Under the pieces are notes generated by a model, which was not told the origin of the DNA, did not search any database, and saw only the letters and a program-made list of their open reading frames with translations. A DNA stretch of 64,000 bases. Source: Dicyema japonicum (Eukaryota; Animalia; Dicyemida). Shown piece by piece: positions 1 to 12,330 of the stretch (within the stretch, counting starts at the first letter, position 1; the number at the start of each line of letters is the position of its first letter). The stretch spans positions 841,823-905,822 of the forward strand of contig RDEW01000019.1 of the NCBI GenBank assembly GCA_011109175.1, written 5' to 3'. The position numbers were made by a program, and so were the translations under genes.

Positions 1-949
1 GAGGACACTGTATGACACACTGTTGGTTGTTTTTTTAATAAATTGAGAGATTGCGCTTCCAATTGGAAAAATAATAGTGTGTGGCCTTAAGGTAACTCCC
101 TCAATTTCAAATACAAAAAAGTCAGACAAACCTATTGATGGTTAATATGGTGAATGACCAATGCCAATAAAAAATATTTCCTCGAGATTTTTCTCATTAT
201 TGGTAAATAAAGAAAATATTTTCCTGACTGTATTACGATGTTAAATAATTTGGCAAATAACACCCGCAGTTGGAGAAGAGCCGAGTTGTTTGAAGTCAAG
301 AAGATACGTCTAGGATAGTTCAGAATACTCCCAACAAGACCGAAAACATGACCAGTCGATAACATCGGAGTCATCAATAATAATAAACGTCTTTTCAGTT
401 TTGAATACGCTCTTCAATTTTTTGAGTTGCAACTGACTCAACAGCCATCCTACACAAGAACTCTGAAGGGATCAGGACGTTCAGACAGGCGTAAAATTTT
501 ACAACAAGGCATATTCAATCAGCATAGATGGATGTTGGGCCTGAAGCACACTTTAATGCTATCCTAAGGATCATTGTAAGAGTCGATGAACGACCTTGAT
601 AAACTACGGAAGCGTGTGAGAAGTTAGGTTTCATGGAGAAACTGGGAGAACGGATAGCAAAGAGTACGCCACAATCGGGACCCTAAGTATTCATATGCTT
701 ATGGGTAACACAAGAGTGGTTCTAACTAACTATTGTAAAATCACGTCATTTTTAATAATTGACCTTCGCTGAAAAGTCAGTATTTAGAAGTCTTCACCTC
801 TTTCCCCGGAGAGAATCGTATTCCGGGATTTTTCTACGCTCACTAATCATATTAAGTGTAGAAAAGGTTTAGACATCGTATTGGAATGACCATCGGAAGT
901 TCACCTTTCAGTTTTTATTGACAAATAACCAATTCCTTACTTGATGCTT

Positions 950-1130
950 TATTATTTTTTAATAACCCCTAAAATAGCTAAGACAGACTTTGTTCAATTC
1001 TCCCGTCGAAATGGGACGCACCCTTTCAAAGAATCACGTCCATTCATATCTGCATTGTGGAAACCCCTCCATTGAGTAGGGGAGAGAGGGATCCTTTTTA
1101 GATGACAGGGAGGCATTAGACGTCTCCTAT
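950..1130 (-). repeat. Decayed dispersed repeat, probably a LINE 3' end; homologous to 10290-10400 (+)
   Basis: Reverse complement ccctctctcccctactcaatggaggggtttccacaatgcagat resembles ccctttcttctccacttcaatggagggatcccacaatggcagat at ~10310. It ends in GGGGTTATTAAAAAATAATAAA like other LINE tails here. Confidence 0.4.
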
Positions 1131-1657
1131 GACATGTAGATCACCTCTTTTAAGCTGAAAAGGGAAAGTCCTCCGACCAAGTAGGTAACTGCGTAGTATT
1201 CGAACTCACATCACCACTACCACTACCTGATCGTCTTTATTTTCCAACGTAGAATGAAACAGTGAATTGTAGGGTAGTACCAAACATAACAAAGTATCAA
1301 AAATTAGTTTACAGTAAATTATTATAAAATAAATAGTCAACCAAGTTTTTTGTTCATAATTTCCAGATCTCTTTGTTTAATGAAATATTTCACCTAAAAT
1401 AAAATGCAAGTTAAACCCACGACTTTGAACAATTTGATTTAAAATTATCAAATAATTTTTCACATTTATTTTTGTCTTCATTATTTTCCGTTAAACAAGT
1501 AAAGTAAGAGTCACGATGTTTCCAACAATTCTCCCGTGTTTCTTTACTACTCATTGATGGCCACGAGAAAATAAACGTTTTATATAATAATTTAAATTTT
1601 TTAATTTAATATAATTTTTATTTTAAGATTTCAGGATATCTGCAAGTCAAACTTTTC

Positions 1658-1734
1658 AGACCAGTTAGTTTGATCCACGATCAGCTGTGTACGGATGGAC
1701 GTGATACCTGGACTTCTATCTTGAGAACTGGACT
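1658..1734 (+). repeat. 77-bp direct repeat, left copy (probable long target-site duplication)
   Basis: Matches 4279-4355 with 5 mismatches, all transitions; abuts the LINE at both ends. Confidence 0.85.
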
Positions 1735-1761
1735 GGTGACATCAAACCTAACCCGGGTCCT
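1735..1761 (+). other. 2A-like (StopGo) motif GDIKPNPGP in frame with, and directly before, the APE domain
   Basis: GGT GAC ATC AAA CCT AAC CCG GGT CCT continues into DSTLVILQLNIN. It differs from D(V/I)ExNPGP only by E->K, one G->A change. Confidence 0.7.
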
Positions 1762-4278
1762 GATTCCACGCTGGTCATTCTCCAACTCAATATCAATGCA
1801 ATCCGTAATAAAGTGCTGGAGCTACGTTCCCTCTTAGCCCGCTTGAAAGTGGACATTGCCATTATTCAGGAGTCTAAACTCTCCAGGTCATCCGCCACCC
1901 CACGCTTCCCTGGCTACAATATACTCCGAAAGGACCGCACAAGAAGTCTCGGTGAAGGATTATTGACGTTTGTTAGGGAGGGTCTTTTGTTCACCCCGTT
2001 TGTATTCTTTTTTTGCGAAGGATACCCTATTCTGGAGCAAATCTCTATTGAAGTTCCTTTCTCACCCTCAGGAAGTTTTACATTGTGTAATATTTATATC
2101 CCACCTCAGAGTTTGTCGACTTCCCTTATTCCAAAGTATATCCCAAACTTATTGAAATTTTTAAACTGAAGGATCTGGTATTATGCGGCGACCTAAATGC
2201 CAAACATCCACTCTGGCTCCGGACACAATCAGCCGACAGTCGCGGCGAGTACATCCTTTCCTTACTTAATGATTTGACTATCCTCAATGACCCGGACTTA
2301 CACACAAGGACCCCGACCCGCAGAAGGGACAGTCCAACATCCCCGGACCTGTCTCTCTGCTCTCCTTCTATGGCTGGATATATTTCATGGAATGTTTGTT
2401 ATGGTTTCTCAAGCGACCATAACCCCATTATGTTGAGACTTAGAAGGCCTATTTGTTCACTGTGTTGTTCTACAAAGTTCAAAAATTATTTGAAGGCTGA
2501 CTGGCAAGGCAAGCTTGATCTTACTATGTATAATTGTACAGTAGAGAAGACGGCCAAGATTCTGTCTGCTATCATTTTGAAAGCTGATAAATTATTTGTA
2601 GATGTGGCCTCTTACAAGAAGTTCAATCCAAGATTATCATCGCAAATTGTGTCACTCATCAAGATCGAGATGCGCTGAAGAGAAACAGGACCCAGTCCAA
2701 TAACTCCTTTTATTCTATAGGTTCACTGAATACCAAATTATCTGAACTTAATTAATAACAAACTCAAATGGAGTCGTCTAGTTGGACGACTATGTCACAA
2801 AAACTCTTGTGCCACATTTTGGAAAATGCTAAGAAGGATCAATAGCCTTATCAATGAGAATGACTGCGGAACTGAGGCCGCTACCCGCAATGCTTCGGAA
2901 CCCGCTCTCAAGCTTGAAGCAAGATTATGAAGTAGTACGTATCGATCAGCCATAAAGATTTCTCTCGCTCTCCACATGTGCGGGCCGCAACAAGAACCGT
3001 ATTCCACTTTCTTCACCCCAATGATGTTGACAATGCTATTAAATTGATTGTGGTCCCGACGGTATTTGCACTATTCACCTCAAACACCTTGGACCTCAGG
3101 CACGGGCCATATTATCAAGACTGTACAACGACTCTATCAACTACCATACGTTACCTAATATATGGAAGAATTTCCTGATTACGCCAATTCTAAAGCCTGG
3201 AAAACCAAAAGACGTTCCTTCTTACCGTCTGAATAACTTATGTTTTATCAAAAGTGCTGGAAAAGCTTTATTAATGCGCATCTCTCCTTTTCTACATCTA
3301 CCAGAATTTCAACATGGTTTCAGGGCAGACCGTTCTACAACGACTCAATTGGGTTCTATCTCCCAGTTTATTACTGACAGCTACAACATGAGAACACACT
3401 TACGGACGGCCTTTGTATCCATCGATATACAGAAGGCCTTTGATTCTGGTTTGAGGAAACTTCTAACGAAATAGATTTTTAATTCGAACTTACATCCGAA
3501 CATCAAGCTATGGCTGGAAAATTTCTTAACTGGGAGTCCGGATTGACAAAATCACTTCAAAATCAAGACTACTCCACCCCAATGAAACCGAGCATGTGAC
3601 TGGCTATCTGCAAATATGTTATGTGTGTCAGCATCTAAATCCCAGTTCACCATTTTCACTACTGATAGAAGATTAAAAATGGACTCGAACTGTGTTTTGG
3701 AGATACTTCTATCCTTTCTACGCAGACCCAAAAAATCCTTAGGGTAGTTTTCGACTCTCTGATGACGTTCTCGAGTCACGTGGAGGATGTGCTTACCAAG
3801 GGTCGTCGGAAATGGAACATTTTAAAAGCGATCATAAAGAAGAGCCCCTTCCACCCTGCTGCTTGCGTCAACAAGTCATTGTTCCTACTATTGAATTGCT
3901 TGCTCCGCCTGGAGATTTGCCATTCCCTCTTCGAGAATTGATCGTTTGAACTCTCTCAGGGGAAAATTATGCACCACACCGACATCTCCATTGGCGGCCT
4001 CGTTTCTGATGAGGCGACGATTTAGGGTTTCCTACGTTTTTGCAAGGAACTGGGAAACCCATTCAAGGAAAAAATAACCCATGCAGAGGAATTTCGGTCG
4101 ATTATAAAAAAGTGCACGCCGATTGAATTCCTATGCAGAAGGAAGAGAAAGCGCTACCGTAATGCGATTGGGTCATGACCAGGCGAAGAGTTCGGATGTT
4201 GTTGGAAGTTGGGATCACCTAATTAGTTAGTGTTGATCAATCTTTCTTGGTGGTCTTGGAGTTAAATAAATAAAATAA
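1735..4278 (+). mobile_element. APE-RT LINE (family 1), near full ORF, decayed by stops and frameshifts
   Basis: APE motifs ILQLNINAIRNK, DIAIIQESKL, GDLNAKH, SPDLSLCS, SDHNPI. RT motifs PILKPGKPK, QHGFRADRSTTTQL, SIDIQKAFD. Thumb region, then an A-rich tail GTTAAATAAATAAAATAA. Confidence 0.9.
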
Positions 4279-4355
4279 AGACCAGTTAGTTCGATCCGCG
4301 ATTAGCTGTGTACGGATGGACGTGATACCTGGACTCCTATCTTGGGAACTGGACT
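4279..4355 (+). repeat. 77-bp direct repeat, right copy
   Basis: 72/77 identity to 1658-1734. Confidence 0.85.
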
Positions 4356-5064
4356 CCATAATTTAATAAAGTCTATGATAACCATCCTGGGTACGATTTC
4401 CACCGCTGGAAATTCAATCAAAAGTTCCTCTTCCATTCTTATGTTCTTTATTTTTTCTTCCCTTTCAGTGTGTCGCCATGTGATCCATCAGTCTAAGGTG
4501 ACTCCAGTTCTAGGATGGCACGAATAAGTATCATTTGCTCTCACCCACTCCATTTGGGGTAATCTGATAACCGATGGACAGGATATTTTTCCTCACTTTC
4601 CATTGCTCCTGGGTTGATATTGAACCAACATCAGCTATGACTGATTCACGTGGTAAACTAATTTGGAAAAAAACAATCCTAAAAAAGATCGAAGACTTCA
4701 AATCCGCGGCTATTAAAACTCTAGGAAAGTTTTCCAGCTCCGTGGCAGATTCAACCTCCTTCGAGGCCTTTTTCGAAAATACAGGCTCACGAATTATCCT
4801 ATACGAGCATCTCCTTTAACGCAGGATTACTAAAAGTGCATGGATTTGCTAGAAGTGATAAAAGATAAAAGATACTATGATCATCCAATAGCTTCGTCTT
4901 CCTCTTAAGAAGATGCTGATTTTGTTGTACTTAAAACAAGTATTTTTATTTTCTGGACAATATTTACGAATAAAAAATTTAAAAATAAATTTTACTAAAT
5001 AATAATTACAGTTACTAATAAACTTTCTCCTACAAACATCGTCGGGAGTTCGGTAGACGAGTTA

Positions 5065-5285
5065 TACTACGCAGAAGAAGCCTATAAATCTAAAGGGAAA
5101 ATGTATGACCGTTTCACTTTACGCGGTTGCTGTCGAGACAACTAGACGTATAAGCGGGAAGTCAATGCTTTTTCCCCAAGAAACTAGGACTTCTGTCTAC
5201 ACTCAGAGGTTCTCGAAACCCATTAGCTCCCCCAGTTGATCTCCGTTGCTATCGTGAGAGGTAACGCTGCACTAATTGTACTTGC
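5065..5285 (+). mobile_element. CRE-clade retrotransposon REL C-terminal relic
   Basis: Frameshifted translation YDRFTF..AVAVETT..ISGKS...LISVAIVRGNAA, the typical CRE C-terminus. Confidence 0.7.
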
Positions 5286-5529
5286 GAATTATATTAACTT
5301 ACATGATTAGTATGCAAAAGTTGGATAGTTCTCGTCCAAAGAACTTTGAGGATTAGTCAGAAGCTGAATGTATAAGTAGTTAAAATGATTATATGTAAGT
5401 TGCTAATGATAGTAAATGGTTTGATCACTTTGATACCCCATCGTGAATAAAAAATCAATCAAAAACTAAATAATTGATCACATTATGAAGTGATGAGTTT
5501 TATTGGATACACAACACTCATTTAATTTA

Positions 5530-5600
5530 TTTTTAAAACCAAGAATCTCCGGCCAAATAAAAAAGAGTGGGAGCCGTCAGGTGATCCCGCCTCCTTAAGC
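5530..5600 (-). mobile_element. Isolated LINE 3' end with the GGGATCACC stem-loop
   Basis: Reverse complement gggatcacctgacggctccc matches 19713-19732; A-rich tail follows. Confidence 0.5.
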
Positions 5601-5742
5601 AGCCTTTAATAGAGTAGTTACAACACAAGCATAGAATTATTATTACTGTAAATAATGAATCATTCCTTAATAATGATTTAAATATTAATTTAAATTATTA
5701 AAATTAATTTAAAACTATTTCTCACAAGGACTAATATAAAAA

Positions 5743-6350
5743 ATGTGTTCAAATCTTGATAGTCAAATTAAACAAGCATGCAATTCTTATGACGATTTCC
5801 CCGCAAAAGGCATCAAATTCATGTATTTTAAAATAATCATTAAGCTTAGTGATTTGATGCCCATATTTTCAAATCCTGAGTTGTTTTCTAGTATTATTGA
5901 AGATTTTGCTGACCAGATTATGAAATTGGGTCAAAGAGTTGACATAATTACTTTTTTGGAAGCTCGTGGCTTTTTATTTGGGCCGTCTGTTGCTATGAAA
6001 TTGAAACTTCCATTCGTCCCCATAAGGAAGCCTAACAAACTGCCAGGGAAAGTAATTTCAGAGTACTACAATCTCGAGTATGGGACGGTATTCCTAAATT
6101 TGGTGATTTAAGAATGAATTTCAAGCCCAGGAAGGCTCAATCAAACCCGGACAGAATGTCGTCATCATTGATGATATTCTAGCCACTGGGGGTTGTTATT
6201 GTAATGACTGTAGGATCACTCAATGGAGCCGCCAACATTGTACGGCGAATGGGGGGAATCCCAGTGAAGTGTCTTGTTGTGGGGGAAATTGTGTCTCTCA
6301 GTGGAAGGGATTTAGTTGATATTCCCATTTATTCTCAGTCTTCGTTTTAG
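5743..6350 (+). CDS. APRT: Adenine phosphoribosyltransferase; introns 5823-5849 (27 nt), 6088-6112 (25 nt), 6192-6213 (22 nt)
   Basis: Spliced product reads DFPAKGIKFIDLMPIF...LEARGFLFG...PIRKPNKLPG...YNLEYGTNEF...NVVIIDDILATGGSL. The PRPP-binding motif is restored only by splicing. Confidence 0.95.
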
Positions 6351-6576
6351 TTACTTTATTGTTTCCTTAATGAATTTGTATTACCATGGTGAATTAGATG
6401 AGTTAATTTATAGCTCATGTCCCCTAATATACCCCAATGGTTCATAATAACGCCGGTTTAGATTAATAGACAATTTAATTAATTTCAACACTTTGTGTAA
6501 TTGATTCCTCATTAACTCAGCCACGGACCACTTAATTAGTACTTTTAATAACCGGAAAGGGGTTAATTAACATATC

Positions 6577-6606
6577 TACGATTGGCTCAAAAAGTGTTGG
6601 CACTTT
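6577..6606 (+). mobile_element. Possible Tc1/mariner-type TIR remnant
   Basis: TACGATTGGCTCAAAAAGTGTTGGCAC, with a similar direct copy near 6888-6905; no inverted partner seen. Confidence 0.25.
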
Positions 6607-7099
6607 TTTGTTTTGCTTTTTTTAGTCGAAGATTAAGATCCATCAATTACTTTTTGTGCTAAAACGATGGAAAATCGGTACTTACCTAATAGATGACCGC
6701 CACTTCCCTGCAACAAAATCAATATATTATAATTTTTTAATTAAAAATTAAATATTTAATTTTTATTCGCCTACGGATAATTTTATATTTGATTAATTAT
6801 TATTTTTTCAATTGTTTATCTACTAATATACCTTGTTGTGAGTACTATTCATGTGGATAACCATTTTATTGAATTAAGTCGTAATTAGGTCAAAAAGTGT
6901 TGACTCCCTTTACGAAAAATGTCATTTTATAGTGCATAAAATAAGATAATGTCATTCATTTCAATTATTTAGTTTTATGACTTTTCAACAAAAGGTTGGC
7001 AGTCGCTCAGTAACCCATTACCATTAATTGATTTTAAAAATGACCGTTTTTACATTGTTTTATGTGAAAACAAAAAGAATATTCTTTTGGGCTAAAAAA

Positions 7100-8092
7100 G
7101 ATTAGGTGGAGAAACAAAAAAGTTATAAACGAATTTAAAAAATATTTATCACTTAAAAAGTTCAGTGAGAAATATAATAGTCCGTCGGAAACAACAAGGG
7201 ACTGTCTCAAATAAATTGTGATCTGCGCACCTAAAAATATCTAGCCGTTTTCTCTCAAGGATGGAAAGGATTGTGGATAATGAACCGAGAATTACTCGAA
7301 CCATCTCTGAATGATTTCAGCCCATAGAATAAATATCGGTGTATCTACAAAAATTAATGTACTTCCGTCCATATTCGGCACTGTGAGAACCACTTCAATG
7401 AAGTAGGGAATAACGAGATCATTTTCTGAAACTGGACGTCTCATAATACAGGTGAATCAACTGACACTTACAGAGTACTATTAAAGCACAGAGCAGAACG
7501 GAATCCATCGATCACAGGTGGACAGCGATATGTGAATCGAATTAGAGTAAGTAGGTAAGGTGGATATCTGACATCCATTGGGATTTGATGAAGGCACAGA
7601 AGAATCCATCAACTAAATAACGATGTGGGGTTCGAACTAATGCGTTGCGAGTGACAGCAGTAACCATTTATTACCTAAAGAAACGCAATGGGTGCGAGCA
7701 ATAATATTCTTAGTGCAGAGTGTTAAAGGCATGGCAATAGACAATAATATATTTAAATCGATTCAGTATTATTAGGGTCTGTAAAGTCCTAAAATGAATA
7801 ATAAACTTACCGCGTTTAATTTATCGAACTTTGAAAGTAAACCCATGGAAACATCAAAAAGGGCAATCATTCGTGCTGAAAGGTCACCACATTGACTGTC
7901 AATGTTGTCTAATGGAGTTATATCTAAGGCATCTATTCTACTGCTTAATCTTGAGACTGTATTGAGGGATGTTGTCCTCTCCTTAGACTTATAAATTAAT
8001 CAATAATTAACGTCATAATTGTCTATTAAAATCATTATTTCTTCATTAACAAATGGTTTCATGTTCCTCAATTCTGTCATAATAAGGTCCAT
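7100..8092 (-). CDS. Probable micro-intron-containing gene of unknown product; 3' exon structure unresolved
   Basis: ATG at 8092 follows an AT-rich island. MDLIMTELRNMKPF... is continued by removing a 24-nt and a 22-nt GT-AG intron. Downstream frames could not be joined unambiguously. Confidence 0.35.
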
Positions 8093-8199
8093 TTTAGTTT
8101 TATATTTTTAATTTAAAATTTAAAATTAAATTACTATTTTACTCATTATTTAATAGTAAATTTGATTAACGAGTTAGATAACATCTGATTAAAATATTA

Positions 8200-8860
8200 T
8201 TATTACCACCAGGATCAATGGGATTAAAAAATGAGAAGGTTCCCAACTAACTAAGAAATTGCTGAAAACAAAGTTTCTGGAAATTACTATTTGTCAGCTT
8301 CCTGGATTGCAGACAGTTCCAGGAGAGATGAGTGATAAATGGCCATTAACCACGATTCACTTCCGTTGGTCAATGCTGGTTGTACAAATTGCCGATAAAC
8401 AGTGGAAGGGGTCCAGCGTTTCTTCGGAGGGGTTTTGAGAATATCTTCAGGATCCTCATTTTCGTAAATACGTCGCCCGATTCTCAACGTATTTTGTAAG
8501 TCCTTGATCAAACGTCACTCCCATGATGGTTGTGTGGCCGTAAAAGGTATTAGCACATGGTTAATCGTGGTCTTAGGCTTCCTTGTATAATGTTGTCAGC
8601 AAAGACTAATTAAATTACATCCAGTTTACATGGTCGGAGTAAGACGTATCCTTTCCGCACATCATTTCCATCCATATCCGCCATTGTGGGTACCAATGCT
8701 TTGGAGTAGTTAAAAGAAGGATTTCTCGGATTCTATTTTGACACCTTTAGGATAACATAGGCCGAGATAGGTTTTATCCTTTGTTGCTCCGAAATATTTA
8801 TTTTCCGCTTTGTGAATATTTTTTTATCAAAATTCTCTACTTTTCGTTTGAATCTGGCAT
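8200..8860 (-). mobile_element. APE-RT LINE relic (family 2), thumb and 3' end
   Basis: VYRQFVQPALTNGSESW thumb motif; homologous to 31536-32105 and to the 3' end at 53630-53700. Confidence 0.75.
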
Positions 8861-8869
8861 GCTTCGATC

Positions 8870-9170
8870 TCAGGTGGGCTTTAGGCGACAATGGTAAAAA
8901 TTATCCCGCATGATTTCTAAGGACGTTTACGACCAAATCATGGGGTCTCCTATTCGAATTTCGCCGCTGTCCATTCGGTTAAAGGTTCCACGCATCTTCG
9001 ATGCTTTCGGGTTTGACAAGTGACGTTGTATCATTGTTTCAACACTGCGGAACTGGATTGTCTTTTGGAACTCACACACAAAAAGAAAAGAACGAGAAGT
9101 CAAGAACACTTTCAATGGATATGCCTTGGATTCAATAACATTACTGTTCTTTCGTAAAATAAATTTTGAG
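8870..9170 (+). mobile_element. tRNA-headed SINE, diverged copy
   Basis: Shares AAGGTTCCACGCATC, CACTGCGGAACTGGATTGTC, CACACACAA and ACTGTTCTTT with 22443-22760. Confidence 0.65.
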
Positions 9171-10522
9171 TTCTGTCTAAGGTAGGTTTAAGTAATGGAA
9201 ACATTACCCACTCCTTGCAGGAGGGCTGTGTGATTCTCTTGCAAATAGATTTTTTATCTTTTTGGCCATAGTTTAACGACACTGACTTTGTGGTCGGTGA
9301 GTGTAAGTGCTTCACCATAAGACCTAACTTTTATCAGTTGACGTTTTTTTGTCTGCGGGAAGGTAATAGATTTGATCGTAAACCATCCCCATTTTCGTTT
9401 TTATAAACCCAATCCACGTGGTTTCATGTCATGTTCTATGAGCGAAGAATTTATTGAATATTAAAAGTTTCCATGAGCATTTCTTTTTCTCGTCCATGAT
9501 TTCCAGTGATCAGACATTGCAGCGGTATTTATCAGCTTTTTCATTCCGTTCCAGGCAATAAAAATGCTTTTATGCTTACGTATGCTGTTTTTGTAGCCTT
9601 TCACTTTGTGGGGGATAACATTGATTATGTTGCTTATTCTCTCCAAATATGTTCTTGTTTTAGTTGTAATGCTTCCCATATCCGGTCATTATGCGGTAGT
9701 ATTTAGAAATTGCATACAAAAATATCTTTGCCTACAGTGATGCGCTTCTGATGCAAGAGGGATGATTCGGTGTGTATCTCATCTAGTTGGTTCTCGACGT
9801 TAAATAAACAAATAAAACAAACTGCCTTACGAAAACTAAATAACCTTCTTCAGTTTCCATTAACAGGCACTGAACAATTATGATTATAAGTTCTTAAGTG
9901 AGTGGATGGGGGTAAATTTAATGAACGGGTACAGAAAAATCGCGCACTGACAAATTCTACCCAAGGACTCGATAAAGATTTTATTGAAACGAACATAAAA
10001 GAAGTTTAAGTTAGATGCCAAGACTCAAGAACATCAGATACATCAAGTCAACCACCAACTACAGTGACGCCGATTAGAAGGCTAACTAGCAAAAATCCAT
10101 CTTCAAAGCCACTCAGGTGATTGGCGACATGGACGACTCTGTTTGCACCTGTCAGAAGATTAATCGCATACTCGAATGATTATTTTAAGCGATATCAACG
10201 ATATCTATTTTTCTCCAAGAATATCCGTCACCAATGCCAAAGACGATATTTTCTTGACTTCATTGGATCCACCTAACTCACGCCGACGTCTGGTCGGTAT
10301 TCAAAAAGATCCCTTTCTTCTCCACTTCAATGGAGGGATCCCACAATGGCAGATACTTGAAAGAACGTGACGCTTGAAGGGATAGGTTCAACTCCAACAG
10401 GGGGAAGTAGATGAAACCTTTCTGAACCGGGAAAAGATGATACTAACCAAATCACCCAATGGTCACATTTCTCTTATGTTGGGTGATTTTGGATAATAAT
10501 ATTTAAAAAAATAAAAAAAATA

Positions 10523-11560
10523 TCAGTCAATAGAATAAACATGTCTAATAGCATCATAAAAAGTATATGTAAGGGGGGTAGTCAACTTCCTCTGTGTCTC
10601 AGGAGATGGTTCCCTTCCATCCCCCATCACATGCTTATACAAACATTTATCGCCAAAAGGGCAACATCCTCGCCCTCTGTTAAACCTTGTACACAAAATC
10701 TTCCTAAACTATAGACCCACCACAACTTTGCATTCTCCTTAAACTCAGCAATGATTCTGCTCTTCTCCTCACCATTTCTAAACCACGTCAAACTGGGGAT
10801 TATTGTAACTGATATTCTCCTACAGATCGGACAGCTTTTGGTTATCTCGTTGTCAAAATCAGACGACTTTCGCCAATTACAGATACAGTAGTAACAGAAA
10901 CAGTGAGAACAGCCGTCCATTATTCCGAATCGACAATCCTCCTCGGATTTGGTCACGTGGTCTAAACAGATCCCACAAGTCATCTCCTCACTGAATTGCT
11001 TCAACTTCTCTGTGTCAATTCGGAGAGCCTCCTTGCGCCTACAACTTTCAATGTGCTCTTCACGGGATCTTCTATTTTGAGGGTCCAAAATGTTACGATT
11101 ACATAGGACACAGAGATCACCGTGAATGTGAACACAGTTGGAGTCATTACATGAAAAGGTTACATGATTAACACAGAGAATAGTAGGCTGTTTTTTGGCG
11201 GGAATATTTGGTTTTTTGTTCCACACAGAAGTTGGAGTTGGTTTAGCTTTCAGGTCAATAGGTTTTGTGGGAATTTGAGGAATATTCTTTGATGCTTTTG
11301 AGTTTTGGTTGAGGTCCGTCAACTGTGACTTTGTGATATGTTCGTATCTGCGGGTTAGTTTTAGGTTACCTGCATTTTTGTCCGTATACGCATGTGCCCT
11401 CTAGGAAGTACTTACAAATACTAGAAAGGGAGTTTTGCATATTATGACTGAATTGACAAGAATCCCCTTTACTGCATACACCATACATGTAATATCTAAT
11501 AATTGGTAAATAATACTTGCAGAGAATCTCCTTCTTTTTCCTAAAGCAATCATGATCCAT
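10523..11560 (-). CDS. MKRN1: Makorin RING-finger E3 ligase; introns 11496-11516 (21 nt), 11348-11369 (22 nt), 10704-10726 (23 nt)
   Basis: Two N-terminal CCCH fingers, a Cys-His motif, C3HC4 RING (CGICLDHV...FGIMDGCSHCFCYYCICNWR...CPICR) and, after splicing, a C-terminal CCCH (CTRFNRGRGCCPFGDKCLYKH). Paralogue number is not resolved. Confidence 0.92.
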
Positions 11561-11710
11561 ATCACACGTCAACTTGATTATTTAAATGAATTTTTTAATT
11601 ATAAACATTAATAATATTTTATTATTAAATTAATTATTTTATTACCAAAGTTTTTTATATTAAACAACCTAGCACTTTTAACAGTTTTTTGAGTTCGAAT
11701 TTCCTTCCTA

Positions 11711-11820
11711 GCTACTTGATTGAAGATTTTTCCTTTTTTACTTTTTTTCTCTTTCTTTGTTTTACAAAAGTTGCATCATGTGATTCACTTGTTTCAGGTG
11801 GGTCCCAGTGCCAGGATGGC
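11711..11820 (+). repeat. Hairpin-headed family H copy lacking the 5' hairpin
   Basis: GCTACTTGATTGAAGATTT, a pyrimidine tract, then GCATCATGTGATTCACTTGTTTCAGGTGGGTCCCAGTGCCAGGATGGC. Confidence 0.65.
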
Positions 11821-12149
11821 ATGAAAAAATCCCTTTCTCACTTTACTGGAGGTGTTTTCACAACTGTAGGGAGTTGACGAATTCTTCCAGTTCGACTTGT
11901 TCTGGATGGAGATGAATGAAATCGAAAGATCTCTATGATTCCTTGACGATCTAAACAGATTATATTTACAGTAAATCTGCTACCTCTTAAATCCGCCATC
12001 CAAAGCTTCAAAATACATTTTTTTCTAACAAAATTCTCGAATCCGTAACTTTTTCCTTAAAATCAATTTTTGTTCGGATTTATTATTAAATTTTTTATGT
12101 TATTTTTAAGTTTCCGTTGATTAAACGAATTACGGAAAATTCAAAAATA

Positions 12150-12330
12150 TCAAAAAAAATTCCTGTCGTTTTATTAATTTAACCAGACGTCCCAGCTTCT
12201 CAGGGAACTGAAGAGATTTCCCGCTTATTCCTCCAATTGTCTTATGGAACGTGAACCGATCTAACAGAACTTTATATTTTTGTACCTTCTCGGCTTTTTC
12301 CGCGGCATGCAACGTGTCCACCGCATATGT
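12150..12330 (-). mobile_element. CRE-clade REL relic; a second short piece ISVANVRGN lies at ~12715-12745 (+)
   Basis: AAEKAEKVQKYKVLLDRFTF...GISGKSLQFPEKLGRL; homologous to 5065-5285. Confidence 0.65.

Noticed and set aside
132-700. Host gene or RT relic at the window start
   Set aside because: No recognisable domain after trying frames and micro-introns; only weak RT-like fragments, too degenerate to call.
7560-7620. Stop-codon reassignment (TGA within an apparently open frame)
   Set aside because: Makorin, Tctex and MSTO1 end in TGA, and APRT, the cyclin and ubiquitin end in TAG, so the standard code fits.
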